Below are positions 47,824 to 57,592 of a stretch of 64,000 nucleotides of DNA, piece after piece. Numbering within the stretch: position 1 is the first letter of the stretch; each line of letters starts with the position of its first letter. Source of the stretch: Bacteroidota bacterium (GTDB taxonomy: Bacteria > Bacteroidota > Bacteroidia > J057 > JADKCL01); assembly GCA_031415375.1 (NCBI GenBank), contig JANORP010000479.1, forward strand, positions 485-64,484, given 5' to 3'. Position numbers and translations under genes: made by a program. The notes below the pieces were generated by a model. It saw nothing but the letters and a program-made list of their open reading frames with translations. It was not told where the DNA came from and made no database searches.

Positions 47824-49080
47824 ATGCATACTTCAAGCGCGATCGTACCTCGGCGAAACAACCTGCTATTCGCATTCATCCCCTTGCTTGGGCTATGGCT
47901 GGCGCTTGGGGCTGGCTGTCAGGAGCCTGCCGCAGCCGCAGGAAATTCCGATCCGGTGGTAGAAGTAGCTTCACCGCCAAGCGTTCGCAAATTGACGTCT
48001 GAACTTTGGGAGGAGTTTGCTGCCGAGTGGGATTCGATATTCGCTGCCAAGTTGGATACCATGCAATGCCCTGGCACCGCTGTCGTGATCGTTCAAGACA
48101 GCCAAGTGATTTTCCAACGCGGCTATGGCCTGCGGTCGATGCACGATACTGCAATGGTCGATGTGCATACACGCTTCAGAATTGGCAGCTTGTCCAAGGG
48201 CTTCGCCGGTGTGGTCGCGAGTTTGGTCGCGGCGCAAGGCAAGCTCCGATTCGATGAACGGGTGATTGACATCCTTCCCGAATTCAGGCTCAATGACTCC
48301 GCACAGACCGAGCGCATCCGGGTTTGGCACCTGCTTTCACATTGCACGGGATTGCCGCGCCATACTTTTACCGCACGGTTCGAAGGAGATGAAGACCGAA
48401 GGGCCATCCTTTGCGACTTGGAAAACGTGCCTGTGATTGGTGCCGAAGGAACGGTGTTTGCCTACCAAAATTTCTCATTTTCACTCATCGAGGAGATTCT
48501 TCAATTGCGCACGGGCAGCACCTATGCAGATCTGGTCGAATCCTTGATTTTTGAAAAGACCGGAATGGAGGATGCATCGATCAGAAAAGACAGCTGGTTG
48601 GCAGCGACCAACAAGGCCCTACCGCATAGCAACGACCGAGCCGGGAACTATCATCCGATGCCACTGAATTCCAAATACTTCAAATCACCCTCCGCTGGCG
48701 GCATCACAGCCTCTATTGCTGACATGGGCAAATGGCTCACGGTGTTGTTGGGCCATCGCCCTGATGTCGCGCCGCAAACTGTGCTTGACTCGACATTTTT
48801 CCGCCGGGTAGTAACCCAATCGCGCGCCTTTGCCAACCGCTGGGAAGGCTCGCTCGCTACCTATTATGGCGCTGGATGGCGTATCATAGACCTTGGCGAC
48901 CAAGAGATTATCTGCCATGGTGGAAATGTGAATTTCTACCGCAGCGAAATCGCCTTTGACCGCAAGGCCGGCATCGGCATCTGCTTCCTTTTCAATGCCA
49001 TGAGTGCGGGGCAGTCTGCGGCTCCGCATGACTTTTTCCAGTTCTACAATGCCTTCATGGCTGCCCATGTTCCAAACTAG
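47824..49080 (+). CDS. beta-lactamase-family serine hydrolase (lipoprotein)
   Basis: Lipobox LGAGC; SxxK (SLSKGF), YxN (YQN) and HGG (ICHGGN) motifs. Confidence 0.8.
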   Translation: MHTSSAIVPRRNNLLFAFIPLLGLWLALGAGCQEPAAAAGNSDPVVEVASPPSVRKLTSELWEEFAAEWDSIFAAKLDTMQCPGTAVVIVQDSQVIFQRGYGLRSMHDTAMVDVHTRFRIGSLSKGFAGVVASLVAAQGKLRFDERVIDILPEFRLNDSAQTERIRVWHLLSHCTGLPRHTFTARFEGDEDRRAILCDLENVPVIGAEGTVFAYQNFSFSLIEEILQLRTGSTYADLVESLIFEKTGMEDASIRKDSWLAATNKALPHSNDRAGNYHPMPLNSKYFKSPSAGGITASIADMGKWLTVLLGHRPDVAPQTVLDSTFFRRVVTQSRAFANRWEGSLATYYGAGWRIIDLGDQEIICHGGNVNFYRSEIAFDRKAGIGICFLFNAMSAGQSAAPHDFFQFYNAFMAAHVPN

Positions 49081-49189
49081 GCGAGTGGCTGTGCCTACAA
49101 TCAAATGACATCCGAAGCACCCTATATTCAAAATTTCAGCCCGATTTCAGCCAGAATTGTTAAATTCTCGCACAATTACTGATTTCAAG

Positions 49190-49468
49190 ATGGCGCGTAC
49201 CCACTCCACCGAATTTTTCCACTGCAACAACTGCGGCGAGGAAGTCAACCTGAAAGCCAAATCCTGTCCCAATTGCGGTGCCGACGACGAAACCGCTTGG
49301 AAAGATGGGATCAATAGTTATTTAATCGAGGAACAGGAAGATTTTGACTATGACGAGGTCGTCGCACGTGAGGTTCACGGGCATGCACCCAAGTCGCAGA
49401 CGAAGTGGTGGGTCGTTGTATTGGCCATCGTATTGTTGGCGATCACGTTGTGGCGTTTTTTGTCGTAA
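49190..49468 (+). CDS. zinc-ribbon protein with C-terminal TM anchor
   Basis: Start moved to ATG MARTHS. CNNCG...CPNCG ribbon, acidic linker, and TM WWVVVLAIVLLAITLW. Confidence 0.6.
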   Translation: MARTHSTEFFHCNNCGEEVNLKAKSCPNCGADDETAWKDGINSYLIEEQEDFDYDEVVAREVHGHAPKSQTKWWVVVLAIVLLAITLWRFLS

Positions 49469-49664
49469 GGCCATCCGCTCATCGATTCATTCCCTAGCCT
49501 TATTTGTTACACGGTCGCATCGCAGCACCACCTGCTGCTTGTGGCTCCCTCCCCTCACGACGAAATGCAGCCTTGTGGCAGCAATCCCACGCATGCCATG
49601 AAACGCACATCGGCCACCCCATTGATGGAGTGGCCGACGCGATGCTTCATTGCTGAAGAAAAAC

Positions 49665-52600
49665 TTATTTAGGTACCACCTTACCACTTACCGGCGGGCA
49701 AGCTCCTTGCTTGTCACCATGCTTGGCATGCACCGCCCAATCGGTTGCTGGGATCTCCAAAGTCACTGGCGCTTTGGGATTCTCTGGCGGAATATGGCAG
49801 ATGACGATTTTGGCGACCACCGGCTGCTTCACAGCGCCTTTTCCGTCCACCACACCCGTTTTCCCACCGACCGGCACTACTGCAGGCTTGCCGCCACCAT
49901 CGATTGGCTTCACGCCACCATCGACTGGCTTGCCGCCGCCATTGCTGCGACCTTGGTCACCTTCGAGGCAGGCACCCTGCGTGGCACCTTGCTCTTGGTA
50001 AATCGGCCACGACACGATCGGGATCAAAATCGTCTGATTTTGATAGCAGATCGTGATCTGCTGCAAGTTGCATGCACCGACTACATCGCGATGTGACTGG
50101 TGACCAGCCCAAGCCGACTCAGCAATCTCGATCGTCTGTGGATGCAAGGGATCGCCGGGCGGGATATGGCAGATGGTGATGCGTGCCTCGGGGCATGGCC
50201 CCTGCGTAGCACCTTGTGATTGGTAAGCCGCCCACGACGAGCTAGGCACGTTCATGTTTTGACCATCGATACAGATACTCATCAAGGTCATGTTGCAAGC
50301 GCCTTGCGTGTCGCCATGTGCCTGATGGGCAGGCCAGGCATTCTGCGGGATCGTGAGCGTCTGCGGATTTTCAGGATTGCCCGGCGGAATGTGACAGATG
50401 GTGATGCCTTGCGAAGGACATGGACCCTGGATCCAACCTTGTGATTGGTAGTAAGGCCAAGCAGCCGTAGGAATCTGGCGCGTGTTACCGTCGGCGCAAA
50501 TGCTCATCATCGTCATGTTGCAAGCTCCTTGCGTGTCGCCATGCGCTTGGTGAGCAGGCCATGCACTCGGTGGTACCGAGATCGTCTGCGGATTGTCGGG
50601 GTTGCCCGGTGGAATGTGGCAAATCGTAATATCGACCTCAGGGCAAGGCCCTTGGGTGGCACCTTGCAGTTGGTAATAATTGAAGGTCGCATTGGTGATG
50701 TTCATCGTCTCACCGTTGAGGCAGATGGTCATTCCCCCCATGTTGCAGGCACCTTGGGTATCACCATGACCTTGGTGAGCAGCCCAGGCACTTTGCGGAA
50801 TCGTGAGCGTCTGAGGATTGCGCGGGTTGCCCGGTGGAATGTGGCAGATCGTGAGTTGCGGCTCTGGGCATGGCCCTTGCGTCGCACCTTGGGACTGGTA
50901 GGCTGGCCATGCCGCAGTTGGCACGGTCATCGTCTGCCCATCCACGCAGATCGTGACGGGCGTCGTGTTGCAAGCACCTTGCGTATCGCCATGCGCTTGG
51001 TGGGCAGGCCATGCACTCGCAGGCACAGTGATCGTCTGCGGATTGCCGGGATTGCCAGGCGGGATATGGCAGATCGTCAATTGTTGCTCAGGGCAATCCC
51101 CTTGCTGCGCTCCAAGCGCCTGGTAGGCTGCCCAGCTGGAGGTCGGGATATTGATCTCCTGGTTGTTGTAGCAGATGCGCATCGGCGTCATGTTGCAAGC
51201 GCCTTGCTGGTCACCGTGGGCTTGGTGTGCAGGCCATGCGCTCGGGGCGATCGTGAGCGTCTGCGGATGCGAGGGGTCGCCCGGCGGCACGTGGCAGATG
51301 GTGATGTCAGCTTCTGGGCACTCGCCTTGCACCGCGCCTTGGGATTGATAGACTGCCCAACTTGCCGTTGGGACATTCAAGTCCTGACCATTCAAGCAGA
51401 TGCGTATCATCGTCATATTACAAGCCCCACGGGTATCGCCATGCGCTTGGTGTGATGCCCAAGCACTCTGCGGGATCGTGATCGTTTGCGGATGCGATGG
51501 ATCGCCTGGCGGGATATGGCAAATGACAATCTGAGGCTCTGGGCACGCACCTTGAGTAGCCCCCTGAGACTGGTAAGAAGGCCAAGCCGCAGTCGGCACG
51601 GTGATCGTCTGGTCATTGAAGCAGATCGTAATCGGCGTCATATTGCAAGCACCTTGCGTGTCGCCATGTCCCTGGTGGGCTGGCCATGCACTCTGCGGGA
51701 TAGAGATCGTCTGCGGATTGCCGGGATTGCCAGGTGGGATGTGACAAATCGTAATCTCATTTTCCTGCGGACAATCGCCTTCTATCGCACCTTGGGTGAG
51801 ATAGACTTGCAAGGATGCCCTTGGCACCTGGACCTCGCGGCCATTGAGGCAGATGACCACCATGGTCATGTTGCAAGCGCCTTGGGTGTCACCATGGCTT
51901 TGGTGCGAAGCCCAAGCACTTTGCGGAATCACGATCGTCTGCGGATGCGAGGGGTCGCCCGGTGGAATGTGGCAAATGGTGATCTCCTGCACAGGACATG
52001 GCCCCTGCGTCGCACCTTGGGATTGATAGCTAGGCCACGCTGCTTGAGGCACACTCATCGTCTGCCCGTCGATACAGATTTGCACAGGAGTCAAGTTGCA
52101 AGCACCTTGGGTGTCGCCATGTGCTTGGTGCGCTGCCCAGGCACTTTGCGGAATCGTGAGCGTCTGCGGATTGCCGGGATTGCCGGGCGGGATGTGACAA
52201 ATCGTAATCTCTGGATCAGGACATGGCCCCTCGGTATCGCCATGTGACAGGTGATAAGCCAGCGAAGCCCTAGGGATCTGCATGGTCGTCGATTGCCCAC
52301 GGGTCGTCCCTACATGGCAAATGGTCACCGTGCTCATGTCGCAGGTGCCTTGGACATCCCCATGTGCCTGGTGGCTAGGCCACTCGGTCATCGGGATCGT
52401 AAGCGTCTGCGGGCTATTGGGGCTGCCTGGTGGGATATGGCAAATGGTGATGCTCTGCACGGGGCAAGGCCCTTGCGTTGCACCCAATGCCTGGTAGGCA
52501 GGCCATGCAGCCGTCGGGATTTGCAGGGTTTGGCCCGTGCGCGAATCACCTTCGCGGTAGCAAATCGTCATCGGCGTCATGTTGCAAGCACCTTGGGTAT

Positions 52601-55600
52601 CGCCATGCGATTGGTGTCCCAACCATGCATTCTCGGGAATGGTAATCGTCTGCGCACCACTGGGATTGCCCGGTGGGATATGACAAATCTGGATCGTGCG
52701 GGTAGGACAAGCGCCACGGGTTGCACCCAAGCTCTGGTAATAGGGCCATACGCTCTCTGAGATGAGCAAGGTCTGATTTTGATAGCAGATCGAGATCAAG
52801 TTGCTGGAGCAAGCACCTTGCACGTCGCCGTGGCCTTGGTGGGCAGCCCATGCAGATTGCGGGATGGTGATCGTCATCGCACCACTAGGATTGCCTGGCG
52901 GGATATGGCAGATCTGGATTTCCTGTGGTGGGCATGCACCCTGGGTCGCGCCGAGGCTCAGCAATGCCTGCACTGCAGTATTGCTCACGGTCACGGTCTG
53001 CCCTTGGTAGCAAAGCGTAGTCTGTTGCGTGGCACAGGCGCCTTGCACGTCACCATGGCCTTGGTGGGCAGCCCACTGGTTTTCGTTGATCGTCATCGTC
53101 ACTGGCGCCGTCGGGTTGCCGGGCGGGATGTGGCAAATCGTGATCTGCCGCGGGGGGCACGCACCTTGGGTGGCTCCGAGATTTTGATAGACGGGCCAAG
53201 CGCTTTGCGAAACCGTCATCGTCTGGCCTTGGTAGCAGATCACCACCATGGTCGTCGAGCAAGGGCCCTGCACGTCGCCATGTGCTTGGTGCGATGCCCA
53301 AGCGGTCTCAGGAATGGTAAGGGTCTGCGCTGCCGCAGGATTGCCCGGCGGGATATGGCAAATGGTCACCGTGCGTGGCGGACATGGCCCTTGGGTAGCA
53401 CCGAGGTTTTGATAGACTGGCCACACCGTCTGCGAAACCGTAATGTTTTGGCCATTGTAGCAGATCGTGAGCTTGGTTCCGGAGCAAGCTCCTTGCACGT
53501 CGCCATGCCCCTGGTGCATGGACCACGCACTCTGCGGGATCGTCATCGTCGCTGCAGCCGCAGGATTGCCCGGCGGGATGTGGCAGATTTGGATATTGGG
53601 TTCTTGGCAAGGTCCCGTGGTGGCACCCATATTTTGGAATGCCCCGAGCGCAGATTGTGAGATCGATATCTGCTGACCTTGGAAGCAAATCGTGACCATG
53701 GTCTGTGAACAAGCGCCTTGGATGTCACCATGACCTTGGTGGCCCAGCCACTGGCTCACAGGGATCGTAAGCGTCTGCACATTTGCGGGATTGGCGGGCG
53801 GGATGTGGCAGATGGTGATCTGCTGCTCGACAGGCTGGGTACAGCTCAGCGACACACTCGCTTGGTCAGTCCCGACACTGTTGGTACCGATGATCGTGAA
53901 TTGCTCGACGATGCCAGGCGTGAGCGGCACGTCCATCACAAAGAGCTGGTTCATCGGGTTGAAGGAGTAGTTTTGCGGCGACACCACGCTGTTGCCAAAA
54001 AGCACGCGGATGTCTTGGATCCCATTGATGTTGAAGATCTGCGCCGTCACAATTTGATTGCAGTCGCTGCCTTGATAGACGCCACCCGTAGGGCGCACGA
54101 TCACGACATCAGGCGGTGGCAATTGCTGGTAGCAGCGCAGCATCTGGATGTCTGATGCGCGGCCAAACTGGTTGCTGGCGATGATTTCCACGATCGATTC
54201 GATGCCCTGCATGAGCGACACCGTGAGGGTCACTTGGCGCGTGTTGGGATTGTAGGACCAAGCATTGGGGGAGAGTAGCACGCGATCGACATAGACGCTG
54301 ATGTCATTTTTGCTTTGCACACCCGTGATCGTAGCGACGACAGTCTGCAAGCAGTTGGGGCTCACGAATGGCGTGATGCTCGGCGTGATGATCACGACAC
54401 CAGGTAGGTTGGGCTGCGCTTCTGGGCAGCGCAACATCGCCGTAGCGGTAGCCCGGCCAAATGGCGTCTGTGCAATGAATTCAAAACGATGGTCGCCAGG
54501 CGTGAGATCGACATTCATGACGACCTCATTGCTGCTAGGATAATACTCGTAATACTGGATCGGCACCTGCAAGCCGTTGTGATAGACAGCAACGTCTTGC
54601 TTGCTGCGAATATTATAGACAGTGACCTTGATCACACCACGGCAATCGGCCATGATTGCTGGGCAAGCGGTAGGATAGGTCACAAAGATCTGCGGCGGCA
54701 CACCGGTCGGCTGCGGATCGATCGGTATGATGATCGGCGCTTGACAGGTTGCAGAGAAACTCTGCGTCGCATTCGCATAGCGGTTGCGAGCAGTAAGTGT
54801 GAAATTATTGATGCCAGGAGCGAGATTCACCATCGCACTAAATTCGCCGGTGGATTCGTTGAAACTAAAGGAAGCAGGATCAACCGTGGTTCCATTTTGG
54901 GTGAAAATGACCAAAGCCTTGGAATGTACATTGTAAATGCGGGCTTTGACCTCAAACCGACATACACCCGGAACCTCATACGTCGGCCCCGATGGCATGA
55001 CCATCACGATTGCGGCACCATCGCCGCTCGGGGTATAGACATGTGGATCGGTGGGCGTGGTGCTGTGGTAGCTACCGCCGCCAAATAGCCCAAAGTCGAG
55101 ACTCAGACCTGCATAGTGGTGGATGTCTTTGTTGTAATTGAAAGCGTTATTATTGGTCGCGGCAAAGCCGTCGAGCAGATCGGTCTGGGGGAAAGTGATC
55201 TTCCACTCGGCCGACATCGCAAAGTAGCGGCTGAATTCGTAGCCAAAGCCGATGCCGACCGATGGTGCAAACCGCCAATGTGCCCAAGATGGGACGGGCA
55301 CACGGGTCTCCGAAGTACCATCACGCAAGAAATCGAGCTGGGTCCCGACCGACAATATGGAACCATTGCCGATTTGAGACGCATAGTTGTAAGGCGTTGA
55401 GCTAAAAAACTCATCAAAATTGTTTTGCTTGGGTTTGTAGCCCATCACGCCGACGCCACCCCATACATAGAGCAAAATGCCCGTATTGGCGCGCAAGCGA
55501 TTGGCTTTCAGTAGGAGCTCAAGGTCCCAATTGGTGGCACTCGTGCGGTGGTTGAGATAGTTTTGGCCACCGGGGAAGTTGAAGTCGGTGGTCGGCTTGA

Positions 55601-55865
55601 GGTTTTTCCCGTAGGAAACGCCCCAGAGGTAGCGTGCACGCAGACCAACGCCGATCAGGCTATGGTCGTTTTCGACGATTGGGACTTCAAAAGTAGCCCC
55701 AAATCCGCCGCCGCCTATGGTGCGCACATCTGAACTTTGCCATTCGACGCCACCATTCAACCCAAACCGCACTGCGGCTCGCGTTTCTTCTTTGATCTGC
55801 GCCTGGGCAAAAAGCCCACGCGAAATTCCAAGAAACAATAAAAAGAGAGGTAAAAAACGCTTCAT
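49665..55865 (-). CDS. giant outer-membrane-anchored repeat protein (N-terminal beta-barrel, 4 Ig-like modules, 18 Cys/His modules)
   Basis: Start moved to MKRFLPLFLLFLGISRGLFAQ (2066 aa). Barrel-like region at ~55074-55865, four ~95-aa Ig-like modules at ~53820-55020, then the ICHIPPGNP...HGD.QGAC array. No T9SS CTD. Confidence 0.9.
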   Translation of the reverse strand: MKRFLPLFLLFLGISRGLFAQAQIKEETRAAVRFGLNGGVEWQSSDVRTIGGGGFGATFEVPIVENDHSLIGVGLRARYLWGVSYGKNLKPTTDFNFPGGQNYLNHRTSATNWDLELLLKANRLRANTGILLYVWGGVGVMGYKPKQNNFDEFFSSTPYNYASQIGNGSILSVGTQLDFLRDGTSETRVPVPSWAHWRFAPSVGIGFGYEFSRYFAMSAEWKITFPQTDLLDGFAATNNNAFNYNKDIHHYAGLSLDFGLFGGGSYHSTTPTDPHVYTPSGDGAAIVMVMPSGPTYEVPGVCRFEVKARIYNVHSKALVIFTQNGTTVDPASFSFNESTGEFSAMVNLAPGINNFTLTARNRYANATQSFSATCQAPIIIPIDPQPTGVPPQIFVTYPTACPAIMADCRGVIKVTVYNIRSKQDVAVYHNGLQVPIQYYEYYPSSNEVVMNVDLTPGDHRFEFIAQTPFGRATATAMLRCPEAQPNLPGVVIITPSITPFVSPNCLQTVVATITGVQSKNDISVYVDRVLLSPNAWSYNPNTRQVTLTVSLMQGIESIVEIIASNQFGRASDIQMLRCYQQLPPPDVVIVRPTGGVYQGSDCNQIVTAQIFNINGIQDIRVLFGNSVVSPQNYSFNPMNQLFVMDVPLTPGIVEQFTIIGTNSVGTDQASVSLSCTQPVEQQITICHIPPANPANVQTLTIPVSQWLGHQGHGDIQGACSQTMVTICFQGQQISISQSALGAFQNMGATTGPCQEPNIQICHIPPGNPAAAATMTIPQSAWSMHQGHGDVQGACSGTKLTICYNGQNITVSQTVWPVYQNLGATQGPCPPRTVTICHIPPGNPAAAQTLTIPETAWASHQAHGDVQGPCSTTMVVICYQGQTMTVSQSAWPVYQNLGATQGACPPRQITICHIPPGNPTAPVTMTINENQWAAHQGHGDVQGACATQQTTLCYQGQTVTVSNTAVQALLSLGATQGACPPQEIQICHIPPGNPSGAMTITIPQSAWAAHQGHGDVQGACSSNLISICYQNQTLLISESVWPYYQSLGATRGACPTRTIQICHIPPGNPSGAQTITIPENAWLGHQSHGDTQGACNMTPMTICYREGDSRTGQTLQIPTAAWPAYQALGATQGPCPVQSITICHIPPGSPNSPQTLTIPMTEWPSHQAHGDVQGTCDMSTVTICHVGTTRGQSTTMQIPRASLAYHLSHGDTEGPCPDPEITICHIPPGNPGNPQTLTIPQSAWAAHQAHGDTQGACNLTPVQICIDGQTMSVPQAAWPSYQSQGATQGPCPVQEITICHIPPGDPSHPQTIVIPQSAWASHQSHGDTQGACNMTMVVICLNGREVQVPRASLQVYLTQGAIEGDCPQENEITICHIPPGNPGNPQTISIPQSAWPAHQGHGDTQGACNMTPITICFNDQTITVPTAAWPSYQSQGATQGACPEPQIVICHIPPGDPSHPQTITIPQSAWASHQAHGDTRGACNMTMIRICLNGQDLNVPTASWAVYQSQGAVQGECPEADITICHVPPGDPSHPQTLTIAPSAWPAHQAHGDQQGACNMTPMRICYNNQEINIPTSSWAAYQALGAQQGDCPEQQLTICHIPPGNPGNPQTITVPASAWPAHQAHGDTQGACNTTPVTICVDGQTMTVPTAAWPAYQSQGATQGPCPEPQLTICHIPPGNPRNPQTLTIPQSAWAAHQGHGDTQGACNMGGMTICLNGETMNITNATFNYYQLQGATQGPCPEVDITICHIPPGNPDNPQTISVPPSAWPAHQAHGDTQGACNMTMMSICADGNTRQIPTAAWPYYQSQGWIQGPCPSQGITICHIPPGNPENPQTLTIPQNAWPAHQAHGDTQGACNMTLMSICIDGQNMNVPSSSWAAYQSQGATQGPCPEARITICHIPPGDPLHPQTIEIAESAWAGHQSHRDVVGACNLQQITICYQNQTILIPIVSWPIYQEQGATQGACLEGDQGRSNGGGKPVDGGVKPIDGGGKPAVVPVGGKTGVVDGKGAVKQPVVAKIVICHIPPENPKAPVTLEIPATDWAVHAKHGDKQGACPPVSGKVVPK
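49668..53819 (-). repeat. in-frame coding tandem array, 225-bp period (17 full units of 75-81 aa plus 1 half unit)
   Basis: Counted from the translation. Every unit starts with I(T/Q/V)ICH(I/V)PP. The unit count is 18, with a Gly/Lys/Pro-rich linker before the last unit. Confidence 0.9.
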
Positions 55866-56204
55866 AAACTTAATTGGTCTCGATGATTTCCGTAGGCAAC
55901 GCCATAAGCGTTCCAAAAAAGACATTCTACCCTGAGAAACGCCTTGCAATCGTAATTGGCTCGCAAATTAGCTAAAAATTGTGTGCAATCGATATGGAAC
56001 CGTAACTTTCAACCTGTCTGATTTAATATACGTAATGGTCATTCTCAGTGGTCACTTTTCTATTCACCTCAGCTAGCTTGCGGCCCATCTCAAGGATTCA
56101 TCTGGCAGGGCCTAGACCTGCATTGAAGGGTTGCATGCAATTGCCAATAGGATCAAGCGAAAGCTAGATTGAGCGGCAATCCATTGAATCTGCTATATTG
56201 CAGC

Positions 56205-56708
56205 ATGATTTCACATGAATTGAAAGCCCAGGCCACGCTGGCCTACCACAACTGGAAGATGCGCAGTCCGGAAACATTTCCTTCCATCAGCGAGGAGGTC
56301 TTCATCCTGAAGTTTGAGGAGCTGCAAGCCACACACAACCGTGGGTTGATGAAGCGCACAGAGTTTGACCAGCGCATCGACGAGTTGTTGCGCAATCCGG
56401 GCATGGCCCTGAGCATCACCCATTTCACGCCACAAGAGAGACCGACTGAGACGCTGTTGCGCGAGCTCGAACACCTCAAAAAATCAGGCATCTTGAACGA
56501 TGAGGAATTTGAAACACGCAAGGGCGAGTTGTTTTTCCAACGCGGTGTGGAGGAAGGGCAGCCAGCGGTGACGGCTGCAAGCCATCCTAGCGGCGAAAAT
56601 CCTGATCAGGTCAAGGCCCGCCTTGCAGGCTATTTGGAGGAATTGCTGCGCGCCGGCATCATGAGCCATACCGAATATGCGATGGCCCAACAGCGGCTCA
56701 AAGCGTGA
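56205..56708 (+). CDS. SHOCT-repeat protein
   Basis: Start moved to ATG MISHELKAQ, preceded by TATATTG. SHOCT-like motifs LEHLKKSGILNDEEFETRKGELF and LEELLRAGIMSHTEYAMAQQRL. Confidence 0.6.
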   Translation: MISHELKAQATLAYHNWKMRSPETFPSISEEVFILKFEELQATHNRGLMKRTEFDQRIDELLRNPGMALSITHFTPQERPTETLLRELEHLKKSGILNDEEFETRKGELFFQRGVEEGQPAVTAASHPSGENPDQVKARLAGYLEELLRAGIMSHTEYAMAQQRLKA

Positions 56709-56718
56709 CCAGCGACAG

Positions 56719-57381
56719 ATGACGGCTTTTGAGATTGTCTGCCTAGGGCTGGAAACACCTGCCGATGCCCATTTCAGAGAGGCGATGCGTCCGGAATTGC
56801 AACGTCGCCTACTGGAATGCACCGCTGATGACTGGGAACTGTTGCTTGTTGAATGGCCGCGCCGCCCGGTCGCTTGGTGCGGGCAGCTCGTCGATGTTTT
56901 GTCGCCGAGCAAGCATGGGCGCGCAGCGCTCGCGCTCTTGCTTGCACTCACAGTCGAGGGCCCAGTCGCTTGCATGGACGATGCCGCCCAAAAACTCATC
57001 GCCAGCCAGGCCCTCAATGCCACCGAACGCGCACTCGTCTCCACAGCGCTCACGACCCGTGGTCTCGACGGCCTCGGCCGACTCGCATTCAATCGTCGTG
57101 AAGATTTGCTGATGGCCTTCGGTCAACCAACCCAAGGACCGAGCATTCAGGAGGCTTGCGAATTTGCAGCAGATCACCGTGCAGCTTTGACGGAGAGTGT
57201 GATGGCAGCTTGCTATTATTGCCAGACAGTCTTTCCTGCGAGTCTCATCAGTGAATTCACTGATGGTCAGCAGACTGCACTCTGCCCATATTGTGGCACA
57301 GACGCTGTCTTGCCATCTGCTGCCGGCTATGACTTCACTGCGGCTGGTTTGCAAGCGCTGAACGAATTTTGGTTCATTTAG
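56719..57381 (+). CDS. hypothetical helical protein with C-terminal CxxC...CxxC zinc-ribbon
   Basis: Start moved to ATG MTAFEIV, 10 nt after the upstream stop. C-terminus: CYYCQTVFPASLISEFTDGQQTALCPYCGTDAVLP. Confidence 0.6.
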   Translation: MTAFEIVCLGLETPADAHFREAMRPELQRRLLECTADDWELLLVEWPRRPVAWCGQLVDVLSPSKHGRAALALLLALTVEGPVACMDDAAQKLIASQALNATERALVSTALTTRGLDGLGRLAFNRREDLLMAFGQPTQGPSIQEACEFAADHRAALTESVMAACYYCQTVFPASLISEFTDGQQTALCPYCGTDAVLPSAAGYDFTAAGLQALNEFWFI

Positions 57382-57592
57382 GGATGCACAAGGCTCACAG
57401 GAATCATCCAAGGCACATCGATGCAGCAATCTTCCTGCCAAAAATATTTTTAGGCAACAATCTCACAAAATGCTGGCGCTGTCGTATATGATGCTAACCG
57501 CAAATGTCCTCCCCGAAAAAATTGTTGCCCCAGTGGCAAGGCCATTGGTTTCCATTTGGCTGATTTCGATTTCTTCTTAAATTGGCTCAGAG

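Noticed and set aside
50445-53660. Long plus-strand ORFs (50445..51455 at 336 aa, 51486..52247 at 253 aa, 52779..53660 at 293 aa, and others) antisense to the giant repeat gene
   Set aside because: They are Arg/Leu/His-rich periodic translations of the reverse complement of the 225-bp coding repeat. They have no start context and no independent motifs, so they are shadows of the minus-strand gene.
49668-53819. Possible CRISPR array or non-coding satellite, suggested by the regular repeat period
   Set aside because: The repeats are contiguous with no unique spacers, stay in frame for 4.1 kb and encode a conserved Cys/His motif. The same logic applies to the 21-bp repeat at 61497-61664. No cas genes are present.
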